A stretch of DNA of 64,000 bases from Bacteroidota bacterium (lineage in GTDB: Bacteria; Bacteroidota; Ignavibacteria; UBA10030; UBA8401). The stretch is from positions 121,190-185,189 of the forward strand of contig JAUXTU010000015.1 of NCBI GenBank assembly GCA_030679145.1. The letters are read 5' to 3'. Below the pieces are notes generated by a model. That model did no database searches, was not told the origin of the DNA, and saw only the letters and a list, made by a program, of their open reading frames with translations. A program made the translations under genes and the position numbers. Every line of letters starts with the position of its first letter. Positions within the stretch are counted from its first letter, which is position 1. This document shows positions 21,267 through 29,984 of the stretch, one piece after another.

Positions 21267-22073
21267 ATGAATTTTCCAAAACCAATTATTACTCGTGAAC
21301 ACGGATCGTGGGCAGTGCTTTTTGTACCGATGCTCATTGGTGTGGTATATGCCGGAAGTTTTTCAATAAATATTCTTTTACTCGCATGTTCTGCATTGGG
21401 AATTTTTTTAAGTTATGCCCCAATCCATTCAGTTCTTCGCGAATTCAGCGGAATTTCTCAAGGAAACGAAAAAGTCCGCGCTTCCATTATTTGGGCAATT
21501 ATTTATGTGTTCGCAGGGATCTTATTCATTATTCCTCTTTTTCTTCAAGGATATTATCATCTTATAGCATTTGCGGTGTTGGGTGCTACATCATTCTTCG
21601 GGAATTATTTTTTAACAATTAAAATTCAAAAATCAATTGTCAGCGACTTAATTGCGATTGCGGGATTGACGTTGAGCGCACCAAGCGCATATTATATCGC
21701 CACCGGATTGTTCGATGTTAATGGAGCAGTATTATGGATATTGAATTTTCTTTTTTTTGGATGCAGCGTCTTTTATGTTCACATGAAGATCAAGGTCAGC
21801 GCACTTAAAAAAGATCGTTTACCGTTACGTGAAAAACTGACATTGGGAAAATTGAATATTCTTTATCATCTCTTTGTCGTTTCTGTCGTGATCATTCTTT
21901 CGCTGTATCATTATACACCACTAACCGCAACGCTGGCATTTGTTCCAATGTTCGTTCATGCGATATATGGCACAATGAACTTGAGTGGTTCAATCAAATT
22001 CAAAAAACTGGGAATTCTTCTCTTAGCACAATCAATTCTATTTGGAGTGGTGTTGGTGTTTGTATGGTCGTGA
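21267..22073 (+). CDS. nos-associated polytopic membrane protein
   Basis: 268 aa with 7-8 TM helices. Its stop overlaps the nosD start. Confidence 0.4.
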   Translation: MNFPKPIITREHGSWAVLFVPMLIGVVYAGSFSINILLLACSALGIFLSYAPIHSVLREFSGISQGNEKVRASIIWAIIYVFAGILFIIPLFLQGYYHLIAFAVLGATSFFGNYFLTIKIQKSIVSDLIAIAGLTLSAPSAYYIATGLFDVNGAVLWILNFLFFGCSVFYVHMKIKVSALKKDRLPLREKLTLGKLNILYHLFVVSVVIILSLYHYTPLTATLAFVPMFVHAIYGTMNLSGSIKFKKLGILLLAQSILFGVVLVFVWS

Positions 22074-23422
22074 AGAAATCAACATATGTTCTTTTTGCAG
22101 TAATATTCGTCCAATCATTGATTGCCCAGCAAACAATTCAAACATTAATTGAACAGGCACAACCCGGCGACACTGTTATTGTTGATGGAGGAAGATATTG
22201 TGAAGATATAGTAATCGCAAAATCCATACATCTTATTGGAAAACAATCTCCTGTTATTTATGGAACCGGAAAGGGAAGTATTGTTACGATTCTTGCTCCT
22301 TGGTGTACAGTATCGGGATTTGTAATAGAACATAGCGGTAATATGCTTGTCAATGAAGACGCAGGAATTCTCTTGAAGTCGGACCATAACACTATTCGCG
22401 ACAACAGACTCAGCGATATTCTTTTTGGGATATATCTGATGCAATCAGATTCGAATATTATCGCATTCAACAAAGTGACCGGTCGATCGACTCTTGACCA
22501 AGGCGAACGTGGGAGCGGGATTCATCTCTGGAATTCCAATTATAATATGTTGGAGCACAATACAATTTCCGAAACACGCGATGGCTTTTATATCCAAAAC
22601 GCCAATCATACGCTCATTCAGGATAACGAAGTGTATCATTTGCGATATGGACTGCATTATATGTACGCCGATTCAAATACATTTTTGCGAAATACATTTC
22701 GGGACAATATTGCCGGTGCGGCGATTATGTTTACGCGAGGCATCGTGATGAAACATAATGTGTTTTTACGGAATCGTGGATTTTCTTCCTATGGAATGCT
22801 TTTACAAGACTGTCATTATTCCATCGCCGATTCGAACATTTTCTCCGATAACGTAACCGGAATCTTTTTTGAATCATCCACGAATAATCTTTTCCGCAAT
22901 AATATTGTTGCTCGAAACGATTTGGCCCTGATGATGTTCCAAAACGCCATTCATAATACCTTTACGGAAAACAACTTTATCGATAATTTGAATCCATTGA
23001 CTATTGTTGGAAGGCGAACAGAATCGTTGTGGAGTTTGAACGGCAGAGGCAATTACTGGAGTTCGTACGACGGGTACGACATTGATAATAATGGAATCGG
23101 CGATGTGCCGATGAAGGTTGAGAATGTCTTCTCGTATCTTGAAGGAAAGAATGCCAATGTACGGCTTTACTTATACAGCCCTGCGTCACAAGCATTGGCA
23201 GTTTCGGCGAAAGCTTTTCCGATATTGGATATTTCAGGTGAGCGTGACGAATATCCGTTAATGGAGCCAGTTCCATTAAAATGGTTTACTACAATAATGA
23301 GTGATGATGGTAAGAGAGCAACTAAACCAACAACGGCTTCATTTATTCCATGGCTGATGCCTATTGTGATTTCAATTGTGATCGTATTTGTGCTTCGTAT
23401 TCGAAAGAAAAAATTATTATGA
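22064..23422 (+). CDS. nosD: NosD, periplasmic parallel beta-helix copper-processing protein
   Basis: Signal peptide. Repeated right-handed beta-helix motifs (NxxxxN/D repeats: DNRLSDILFGIYL, HNTISETRDGFYI, DNEVYHLRYGLHY...). C-terminal TM helix. Confidence 0.75.
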   Translation: MVVKKSTYVLFAVIFVQSLIAQQTIQTLIEQAQPGDTVIVDGGRYCEDIVIAKSIHLIGKQSPVIYGTGKGSIVTILAPWCTVSGFVIEHSGNMLVNEDAGILLKSDHNTIRDNRLSDILFGIYLMQSDSNIIAFNKVTGRSTLDQGERGSGIHLWNSNYNMLEHNTISETRDGFYIQNANHTLIQDNEVYHLRYGLHYMYADSNTFLRNTFRDNIAGAAIMFTRGIVMKHNVFLRNRGFSSYGMLLQDCHYSIADSNIFSDNVTGIFFESSTNNLFRNNIVARNDLALMMFQNAIHNTFTENNFIDNLNPLTIVGRRTESLWSLNGRGNYWSSYDGYDIDNNGIGDVPMKVENVFSYLEGKNANVRLYLYSPASQALAVSAKAFPILDISGERDEYPLMEPVPLKWFTTIMSDDGKRATKPTTASFIPWLMPIVISIVIVFVLRIRKKKLL

Positions 23423-24135
23423 TCGTTGTCGAACATCTAACGAAGCAATATGGCAAGTTTACTGCAGTAAACGATGTATCGTTTACTGTAAAACAAGGAG
23501 AAGTCTTTGCATTTCTCGGTCCCAACGGAAGCGGTAAAACTACAACGTTAAAATCCATTGTTGGTCTTAATATTCCAACGTCCGGTTCAATACATGTTCA
23601 TGGAATTAATGTTCGTACACATTCAAAAGCTGCGAAACAGTTTATGAGTTATCTGCCTCAGCGGGTGATCTTTCCTGAAACGCTTACTGCACGCGAAGTT
23701 GTTCGTTTCTACAGCTCGCTTCGGAATATCTCTAAATCTGTTGCGGATGAAGCTTTATCGAATGCAGGCTTCAATGGATTCTCCGATAAACCGGTTCACG
23801 AATTTTCAGGCGGAATGATCCAGCGACTGGGTATGACAGTTATTGCAATTCCGGATTCGCCGATCTTGTTATTGGATGAACCGACGGCAAATCTTGATCC
23901 TCAAGGGGTGAAACAATTTCGTGATTTTATTACGGAACAAAAGGCAAAAGGGAAGACTATTATTTTCTCCACCCATTTACTTGCGGAAGCCGAACAGCTT
24001 GCGGATCGTGTCGCAATTTTTGTTTCGGGTAAACTTGCAGCACTCGAATCAATTGATAATCTCCGAACGACCTTTCTCAAAGAAGGAACGATCGAAGATC
24101 TTTATTTACACTATGTAGGGAATTCACAAAAATGA
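23419..24135 (+). CDS. nosF: NosF, ABC transporter ATP-binding protein
   Basis: Walker A GPNGSGKTT. ABC signature SGGMIQRL. Walker B LLLDEP. The ATG at 23419 overlaps the nosD stop (ATGA). Confidence 0.75.
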   Translation: MIVVEHLTKQYGKFTAVNDVSFTVKQGEVFAFLGPNGSGKTTTLKSIVGLNIPTSGSIHVHGINVRTHSKAAKQFMSYLPQRVIFPETLTAREVVRFYSSLRNISKSVADEALSNAGFNGFSDKPVHEFSGGMIQRLGMTVIAIPDSPILLLDEPTANLDPQGVKQFRDFITEQKAKGKTIIFSTHLLAEAEQLADRVAIFVSGKLAALESIDNLRTTFLKEGTIEDLYLHYVGNSQK

Positions 24136-24158
24136 AAAAAAATGAATTTTTTTTGCCC

Positions 24159-24264
24159 ATTGTCATTTCGAGCGAAGCCCCGAAGGTGCAAGCGAGAAAT
24201 CTCATATTTATATTTGAATCAAAAAACGAGATTCCTCGTCGCTCCGCTTCTCGGAATGACATTG
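24159..24264. repeat. ~105-bp imperfect palindromic element between nosF and nosL. Its arms, CATTGTCATTTCGAGCGAAGC and GCTTCTCGGAATGACATTG, belong to the GTCATYC repeat family.
   Basis: Inverted arms read directly from the sequence. An internal second dyad GAGAAATCTC / GAGATTCCTC is present. Confidence 0.55.
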
Positions 24265-24293
24265 AATATGGATTTTTAAGAAGTCTCATTCCG

Positions 24294-24710
24294 ATGACTC
24301 TAATGTTTCTTTTCATTTCCTGTGGACCGAAAGAGATACAACCGATAGAACTTTTCCCGGAAGATGAATGTGCAAGCTGCCGAATGACTGTCTCTGATCC
24401 TGCGTTTGCATCAGAGATCATCAATAAGGATGGTTCGGTGGTAAAGTTCGACGATCTGCGGTGTTTTGAAAATTATCGCAAAGATCATAACATTGATGAT
24501 GTTGAAAAAATATTTGTCAAAGATTATGAAACAAAAGCATGGATACCGTTTGGAAAAAGTATTGTCATTCAAACAGGGATTGAAACGCCGATGGGTTCAG
24601 GACAAATTGCCGTTGCAGATCAACAGCGTGCAAAACAATTGAAAGAACGATATCCTCCAACACTTGCAGCAATGGAAGGCGATGCATGCTGCGCGCCTAA
24701 GAAAAATTAG
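24294..24710 (+). CDS. nosL: NosL copper chaperone lipoprotein. The start is taken at MTLMFLFISCG; the track ORF starts at 24132 and runs through the repeat element.
   Basis: Lipobox FISCG. NosL signature CASCRMTVSDPAFASEI...KFDDLRCF. Confidence 0.7.
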   Translation: MTLMFLFISCGPKEIQPIELFPEDECASCRMTVSDPAFASEIINKDGSVVKFDDLRCFENYRKDHNIDDVEKIFVKDYETKAWIPFGKSIVIQTGIETPMGSGQIAVADQQRAKQLKERYPPTLAAMEGDACCAPKKN

Positions 24711-24718
24711 GGATCCCT

Positions 24719-25549
24719 GTGAACCATTTACTCATTACTCGCATTGCGCGCCAAGAATTATTAGTGAACATCCGCAACAAATGGACAATTATTTTTGCAG
24801 TTGTCTTTGGTGTTCTTGTCATTGGCATTTCATATATCGGAATTATGGCCGAAGGTTATTCCGGTATGCAGAATTTTACACGCACATCAGCCAGTATGCT
24901 TAATTTAGTGTTGTATATCGTTCCGCTTGTTTCGCTGATCATGGGAACACTCAGCTTTACCAGTGATCGCGGAACAACTGAACTGCTTTTTTCTCAACCG
25001 GTATTTCGAGGTGAAGTTCTTCTTGGAAAGATACTCGGTTTATTTTTGTCTCTTTTACTTTCTATGATCGTTGGTTTTATCGTTGCCGGAGGAATAATTG
25101 TTACTGTTACGGGATCCGAAGGTTTGCTGCAATATTTACTGTTTGTGCTGTTGTCATTATTGCTTGCATTGGTATTCCTTGTTGTGGCCGTGATGATCGC
25201 AACGTCAAATAAACGGAAATCAAGATCGTTCGGTATAGCTCTCTTTGCATGGTTCTTTTTTGTATTGTTTTATGATTTGATCATTCTCGGAGTTTCACTG
25301 TTATTCAAAGGTCAAACTGCGAATACTATTCTTTTCCTTTCACTCTTCGGTAATCCGGTCGATATGGTGCGTATTGCAGCGTTGATCATTCTTGATAATG
25401 TTTCGATCTTCGGCGCCGCTGGTGCCGCATTGCTTCGATTTCTTGGCGGAAGCGGAACGAGTGTTGCATTGTTGATTGGATCGTTGTTGGTGTGGATCGG
25501 TATTCCTATCGTTGTCTCTCATCGTTTGTTGAATAAACAAGATATCTAA
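24719..25549 (+). CDS. nosY: NosY, ABC-2 type permease
   Basis: 276 aa with 6 TM helices. It sits immediately after nosF/nosL. Confidence 0.7.
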   Translation: MNHLLITRIARQELLVNIRNKWTIIFAVVFGVLVIGISYIGIMAEGYSGMQNFTRTSASMLNLVLYIVPLVSLIMGTLSFTSDRGTTELLFSQPVFRGEVLLGKILGLFLSLLLSMIVGFIVAGGIIVTVTGSEGLLQYLLFVLLSLLLALVFLVVAVMIATSNKRKSRSFGIALFAWFFFVLFYDLIILGVSLLFKGQTANTILFLSLFGNPVDMVRIAALIILDNVSIFGAAGAALLRFLGGSGTSVALLIGSLLVWIGIPIVVSHRLLNKQDI

Positions 25550-25564
25550 TTCAATCCTGATTCA

Positions 25565-26749
25565 ATGAAAAAATTTCTTCTTGCGGGCGTTGGCGTTATA
25601 CTACTTTGTATTATTGGTACAATCATATATTATTTCAAGTCCGATGATTATGCAAATGATCAACATTTTAAAAACGGAGAGACAGAAGTATTCATTTCAA
25701 TTCCACCCGGCGCGACATATCAATTGTTTCAAGCAGGAAATTCATTAGGTGTTGCTAAAGAAATGACAGTTACCGCAGCAAACCCATACTGGCTTTCCGC
25801 AGGAAATTATTTTGTTAAGGTGGCACTTCATCAAAAAGAATATCTCTACCCAATTTCACTTACAGGATTCCGATGCGGACCTGATAATGATGGTTCGTTC
25901 ATTGTTAATTGCAGAGAAGCACGACCCGAACAACCACCGGTATTACTGCAAGAAATTCCATCATTCAAATATATTCCAAGCGGTTCATTTCTTTTTGGTG
26001 ATAAACAACTTCCAACAATACCTCATTACGTTTGGTTAACGACGTTTTATATTTCACCATTCGAAATCACTAACCAAGAATTTCGTCAATTTCTAAATGA
26101 CCCAAATGGATATTCGAATCAGGAGTGGTGGACTGAAGCAGGAAGATTATGGAAGACTTCGAATAAGACGCAGGTTTCAGCAGCATTATTAAAAAACAAT
26201 AAGGATTACCAGCGATTCGGTCAGCCAATGCAGCCGGTAACATGGGTGAATTGGTTTGAAGCGAACGCATTTTGTAAATGGTTGTCGAAGAAGATAGGGA
26301 ATGGACATTGGTTGTATTCGCTTCCGAATGAAGCCGAATGGGAAAAAGCATCGCGAGGTCCTGATAATGAAGATTACAGCCTTACAATGACGATCAGTGA
26401 TGACCAAATGAAACTATTTAATTGGAAAAAAAATCCCGATGATTCAATCCCTGTGTATGATATTGAATCAACACACATGAAATATAAACCGAACCGTTAT
26501 GGTCTGTTCCATACAACGGGCAATGTCAGCGAGTGGACAATGTCTATCCATCGTTCATTCAATAAGAAAAATCCATTTCAGTTGGATTCACGCAATCTTG
26601 AAACGAGCGAAGGAGAAAGAGTGATCCGCGGCGGTTCGTGGTACAGCGCAAGCATTGCAAATCTTTACATTTCATATAGAGATGCATTCCCGCCACAGCA
26701 TTCCACGCAAGATGTTGGTTTTAGAATTATTGCAAAATTGTTACCATAA
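25565..26749 (+). CDS. FGE-sulfatase (SUMF1/formylglycine-generating enzyme) family protein with N-terminal TM anchor
   Basis: C-terminal FGE-fold motifs (VTWVNWFEANAFCKWL, LPNEAEWEKA, RGGSWYS, GFRI). It lies directly downstream of nosY on the same strand. Confidence 0.65.
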   Translation: MKKFLLAGVGVILLCIIGTIIYYFKSDDYANDQHFKNGETEVFISIPPGATYQLFQAGNSLGVAKEMTVTAANPYWLSAGNYFVKVALHQKEYLYPISLTGFRCGPDNDGSFIVNCREARPEQPPVLLQEIPSFKYIPSGSFLFGDKQLPTIPHYVWLTTFYISPFEITNQEFRQFLNDPNGYSNQEWWTEAGRLWKTSNKTQVSAALLKNNKDYQRFGQPMQPVTWVNWFEANAFCKWLSKKIGNGHWLYSLPNEAEWEKASRGPDNEDYSLTMTISDDQMKLFNWKKNPDDSIPVYDIESTHMKYKPNRYGLFHTTGNVSEWTMSIHRSFNKKNPFQLDSRNLETSEGERVIRGGSWYSASIANLYISYRDAFPPQHSTQDVGFRIIAKLLP

Positions 26750-26764
26750 GAAAGAAATCACATT

Positions 26765-27145
26765 ATGAAAAACGACATCACCACTCGTCGGGATATTGAG
26801 CAACTTGTGAACACGTTCTATGATAAAGTGCAACGGGATGCGATCATCGGTCCGATCTTTATCCATGTTGCCAAAGTCAACTGGGACCATCATCTTCCGA
26901 TAATGTATTCATTTTGGGCTGGTATTCTGTTGGAGGAGCGCACCTATGTTGGTAATCCAATGATGATCCACGAAGCATTAAACAAGAAATCTCCGCTTTT
27001 GCAGTATCACTTTGATTCATGGGTACGATTATTTTATGAGACAGTCGATGAACTCTTTGCCGGGAGGAATGCAGAGTATGCAAAAGAGCAGGGCTCGCAA
27101 ATAGCGCAATTGATGCATCACAAAATGAGGGAGTCAGAACAATAG
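26765..27145 (+). CDS. truncated (2/2) haemoglobin-like globin
   Basis: 126 aa helical protein with a truncated-globin-like pattern (F..FY..V..D..IGPIF; W..H). Confidence 0.5.
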   Translation: MKNDITTRRDIEQLVNTFYDKVQRDAIIGPIFIHVAKVNWDHHLPIMYSFWAGILLEERTYVGNPMMIHEALNKKSPLLQYHFDSWVRLFYETVDELFAGRNAEYAKEQGSQIAQLMHHKMRESEQ

Positions 27146-27200
27146 AGAAATGATGAAAAAATTGCTCTGCGTCGTCGTTTCGTTCTCTTGTAAGAAAATA

Positions 27201-27584
27201 TTACAATGCTTCAACGACGCGGAGCAACCGTTGCCGCACTTCTTCCGAAAGCGGCTGAAGTGCGGGATTGGAGATGATCGTATCCATGACGATCGGATCG
27301 AATGCAGAAACAGTTACCCATCCGTTCTGTTCGTACACAAGAACATTGCAGGGAAGAAATAAACCGATCTCTTTTTCTACCTGAAGAGTTTTATTTGCAA
27401 ATTGTGGATTACACGCGCCTAAAATTGTATAGCGCGGGATATCAACGTCAATTTTTTTCTTTAAAGTTTCCTTCATGTCGATGGTTGTCAAAATGCCGAA
27501 TCCTTCTTTCTTCAATTCTTCGGTAACTTTTTCGATCGCTTGTTCGAATGAAAGCGTAACTGTTTTTGAAATTCCGTAGCTCAT
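27201..27584 (-). CDS. DUF302 domain protein
   Basis: 127 aa. Pattern ...FGILTTIDMKETLKKK...IPRYTILGACNP... is typical of DUF302. Confidence 0.55.
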   Translation of the reverse strand: MSYGISKTVTLSFEQAIEKVTEELKKEGFGILTTIDMKETLKKKIDVDIPRYTILGACNPQFANKTLQVEKEIGLFLPCNVLVYEQNGWVTVSAFDPIVMDTIISNPALQPLSEEVRQRLLRVVEAL

Positions 27585-27604
27585 AATTTTTTTTCTTCAA
27601 GGAT

Positions 27605-27682
27605 CGTCATTCCCGAATGTTTTTATCGGGAATCCATTTGCATAATTTAAAATTGTGGATTCCCACTTTCGCGGGAATGATA
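27605..27682. repeat. palindromic intergenic repeat, GTCATTCCCG...CGGGAATGA family, copy A
   Basis: TCATTCCCGAATGTTTTTATCGGGAATCC hairpin, plus GGATTCCCACTTTCGCGGGAATGA hairpin. Confidence 0.6.
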
Positions 27683-27725
27683 ACACTCAAGTTTTGTCTC
27701 TAAAACAATTTTATTAGTAACCACA

Positions 27726-28211
27726 TTATTCTACAATAATCGTTGGTTCAACAATAACTTCTGCTGTTATCGAATTTCCAATCAGGCAATTATCGTGCGC
27801 AGTGTGAACAAGTTCTTCTACTTGCTCTGTTGTCCACGAAGATTTCACAACAATGGTCGGTTTAATAATAACTTTTGTAAAGCGATATTTTCCTTCAACA
27901 TTTTCCAGTAGTCCTTCCGCAGAACTTTTGTATGACTTCAGGGGAATTTCCTTTCTCATTCCAAACGAAAGGAACGTAGTCATCTGACAGATCTCTACCG
28001 CGGCAACAAGCATATCTTCAGGAGTCCATGTGCCGGGAATTCCTTTGAATTCCGGCGGACTGGAAACATCGAGCAGTGGTTTTCCTTCAGAGCGGAGAAT
28101 TCCCTGTCGGTCAGATTTCCATTCCACTCCGGTATGATATGTGAACGTCTTAAATTTTCCTGCCAACTTACTGGCGGGCAGATTGATCGGTTGTGATATT
28201 ATTGGTTCCAT
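27726..28211 (-). CDS. OsmC/Ohr family peroxiredoxin-like protein
   Basis: 161 aa. OsmC-like fold pattern with a conserved Cys (VEICQMTT...HDNCLIGNS). Confidence 0.55.
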   Translation of the reverse strand: MEPIISQPINLPASKLAGKFKTFTYHTGVEWKSDRQGILRSEGKPLLDVSSPPEFKGIPGTWTPEDMLVAAVEICQMTTFLSFGMRKEIPLKSYKSSAEGLLENVEGKYRFTKVIIKPTIVVKSSWTTEQVEELVHTAHDNCLIGNSITAEVIVEPTIIVE

Positions 28212-28422
28212 TATTGTTCTCAGGTTCTTTCTTTTTTGGTGAATTTACTAATAGTGCCGCTATTGCCATTCCGTACATTGTTGAAATATACGGATTACTG
28301 GTGATTGCACACGTACCGCTGATGCACCCTATGTAATAATAATAGGCATATCCGCCGGCACCGCCAAAGACAGCGGCAATTCCCCGTTTTTGCCAGACTG
28401 TTAAAGACTTGAAAAATTCCAT
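28168..28422 (-). CDS. small membrane protein with GxGGYAYYYY / CxSGTC motif (start taken at MEFFKS)
   Basis: About 84 aa with one or two TM segments. It overlaps the end of the rhodanese gene. Confidence 0.3.
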   Translation of the reverse strand: MEFFKSLTVWQKRGIAAVFGGAGGYAYYYYIGCISGTCAITSNPYISTMYGMAIAALLVNSPKKKEPENNNGTNNITTDQSARQ

Positions 28423-28781
28423 GTTCCTATTCCGCCTTTCAAATTTCCAACCTTGAATCCAGCTTTTTTCAGTTTTATTGCGGCATTGACACTTCGGCTT
28501 CCGCTGGCGCAATAGCAAATAATCTCTTTGCTGCGATGTTTTTCCAGTTCTTTCAAGCGGGAAGAAAGTTCATGCACAGGAATATGGATCGACGTTGGAA
28601 TAGAACTTGATTTGCGTTCACCCGCCGTGCGAACATCCAACAAAATACTTCCTGTTTTCACTTGTTGTTTTGCTTCGGTGCCGGAATAATTATTTAATGA
28701 ACGGGTCAGTAATTGTTTGCGAATATAGAAGATCAGCATAATGCCGAGCATTGCATAAAAGAAGATTTGTTCTGATGTCAT
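28401..28781 (-). CDS. membrane-anchored single-domain rhodanese (sulfurtransferase)
   Basis: N-terminal TM helix. Active-site loop CYCASGSRS. Confidence 0.7.
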   Translation of the reverse strand: MTSEQIFFYAMLGIMLIFYIRKQLLTRSLNNYSGTEAKQQVKTGSILLDVRTAGERKSSSIPTSIHIPVHELSSRLKELEKHRSKEIICYCASGSRSVNAAIKLKKAGFKVGNLKGGIGTWNFSSL

Positions 28782-28895
28782 TTATTTTTATATTTTAATA
28801 TTTAAAGCAGTACGTAGTTAAAAGCAAAATCATTGCCACAGATTACACAGAAAATTTATATGGTTTCATCAGTGAAATCTGTGGCAATTAAAAAT

Positions 28896-29267
28896 CTATT
28901 GAGTGATAATTTTTTTAGTCAATAAATTTTCGTTGATGACCTTCTTCAATTCGTTCTTCGGAAGTGCGCCGGCAGACATCATCGGTTTTCCTTCTTTGGG
29001 AATGAAAAGAAGTGAAGGGATTGAACGGATCCCGAAGACACTTGCAAGCTCCTGTTCTACATCGGTATTTATCTTATAGAAATTCACCTGTCCTTTCATC
29101 TCTTCGGATAATTCTTCAATGATCGGTCCGACCATTTTGCAGGGACCGCACCACGGTGCCCAAAAATCGACCACCGCAGGAAGCTCGCCGCTGAACTTCC
29201 AATCCTTATTGTTCTCGTAATCAAATACTTTTTTGATGAATGTATCTTTTGTGAGTGCTTCTGACAT
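28896..29267 (-). CDS. trxA: thioredoxin
   Basis: WAPWCGPCK active site. 123 aa. Confidence 0.85.
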   Translation of the reverse strand: MSEALTKDTFIKKVFDYENNKDWKFSGELPAVVDFWAPWCGPCKMVGPIIEELSEEMKGQVNFYKINTDVEQELASVFGIRSIPSLLFIPKEGKPMMSAGALPKNELKKVINENLLTKKIITQ

Positions 29268-29325
29268 TGTCGTACCTTTTTTCTTTGTTATTTTCTATTT
29301 AATTCGTCGTCACTAGTAGTATTAT

Positions 29326-29392
29326 GTCATTCCCGCATGTTTTTGGCGGGAATCTATATTATGGATGCCCGATAAGAACATTCGGGCATGAC
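29326..29392. repeat. palindromic intergenic repeat, GTCATTCCCG family, copy B (two hairpin modules)
   Basis: GTCATTCCCGCATGTTTTTGGCGGGAATCTAT, plus TGGATGCCCGATAAGAACATTCGGGCATGAC. Confidence 0.65.
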
Positions 29393-29411
29393 GAAGTGAT
29401 TTTCCAGAAAT

Positions 29412-29618
29412 TTATTTCAATTTCTCAGTTTCAATTTTTTTATTCGTGTTGATCCCAGTCATATGCCAGATGGGACAATATTTCATGAATCCCGTTATTA
29501 CAAAGATCAATCCGGCGTATGCCCATGGTGTTTCCGGACCCCAAAATGCGAGTGATGTGATCAGTAATCCGAGTGCAATGCGGATCGGTCGTTCTGTTGC
29601 GCCAATATTGGTAAGCAT
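29412..29618 (-). CDS. DUF2892 (YgaP-like) small membrane protein
   Basis: 68 aa. The pattern ..ERPIRIALGLLI....G...GLIFVITGFMKYCPIW matches the DUF2892 consensus. This family is frequently paired with rhodanese. Confidence 0.55.
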   Translation of the reverse strand: MLTNIGATERPIRIALGLLITSLAFWGPETPWAYAGLIFVITGFMKYCPIWHMTGINTNKKIETEKLK

Positions 29619-29701
29619 GATAAAACTCCTTATAAAAAAAATGTGAAAAATGATTGCGTTGTTATTTCAATAGATATGATGCAGCGATCCCTGAAAAGGA
29701 T

Positions 29702-29983
29702 TCAGCGACGGATAGTTTTTTTTGGATATTTTTTATCCAGCTGAATGACAGCGAATAGATTTTTTTTGGCTTTTGCAGAGAGAGTTGGCGCAGGATAGGA
29801 GCGGTATAAAAAGACAGTCTTCTTTAACGAATCGAGCAGGGCAGAGCAATTCTTGCACCCTTTGATATGTGCTTTGATCCTGCGGCACGATTCGGAATCC
29901 AATTTTGAATCCAGATTATCGCATAAGTGTTCGTACACTTTTGAGCAGGATAGCGTGTGAATATGGATGTGTCGTTGTTTCAT
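29702..29983 (-). CDS. zinc-binding (ZAS/zf-HC2) anti-sigma factor, RsrA-like, cytoplasmic
   Basis: HxxxCxxC motif (HIKGCKNC) with upstream Cys residues. 93 aa with no TM. It sits immediately downstream of the ECF sigma gene. Confidence 0.55.
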   Translation of the reverse strand: MKQRHIHIHTLSCSKVYEHLCDNLDSKLDSESCRRIKAHIKGCKNCSALLDSLKKTVFLYRSYPAPTLSAKAKKNLFAVIQLDKKYPKKTIRR

Positions 29984-29984
29984 G

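Noticed and set aside
24132-24293. N-terminal 54 codons of the nosL ORF
   Set aside because: They are encoded by a palindromic repeat element. The lipobox start at 24294 fits NosL.
27150-27362. Track ORF (+ strand, 70 aa) overlapping the 3' end of the DUF302 gene
   Set aside because: It lies antisense to a well-supported gene and has no domain.
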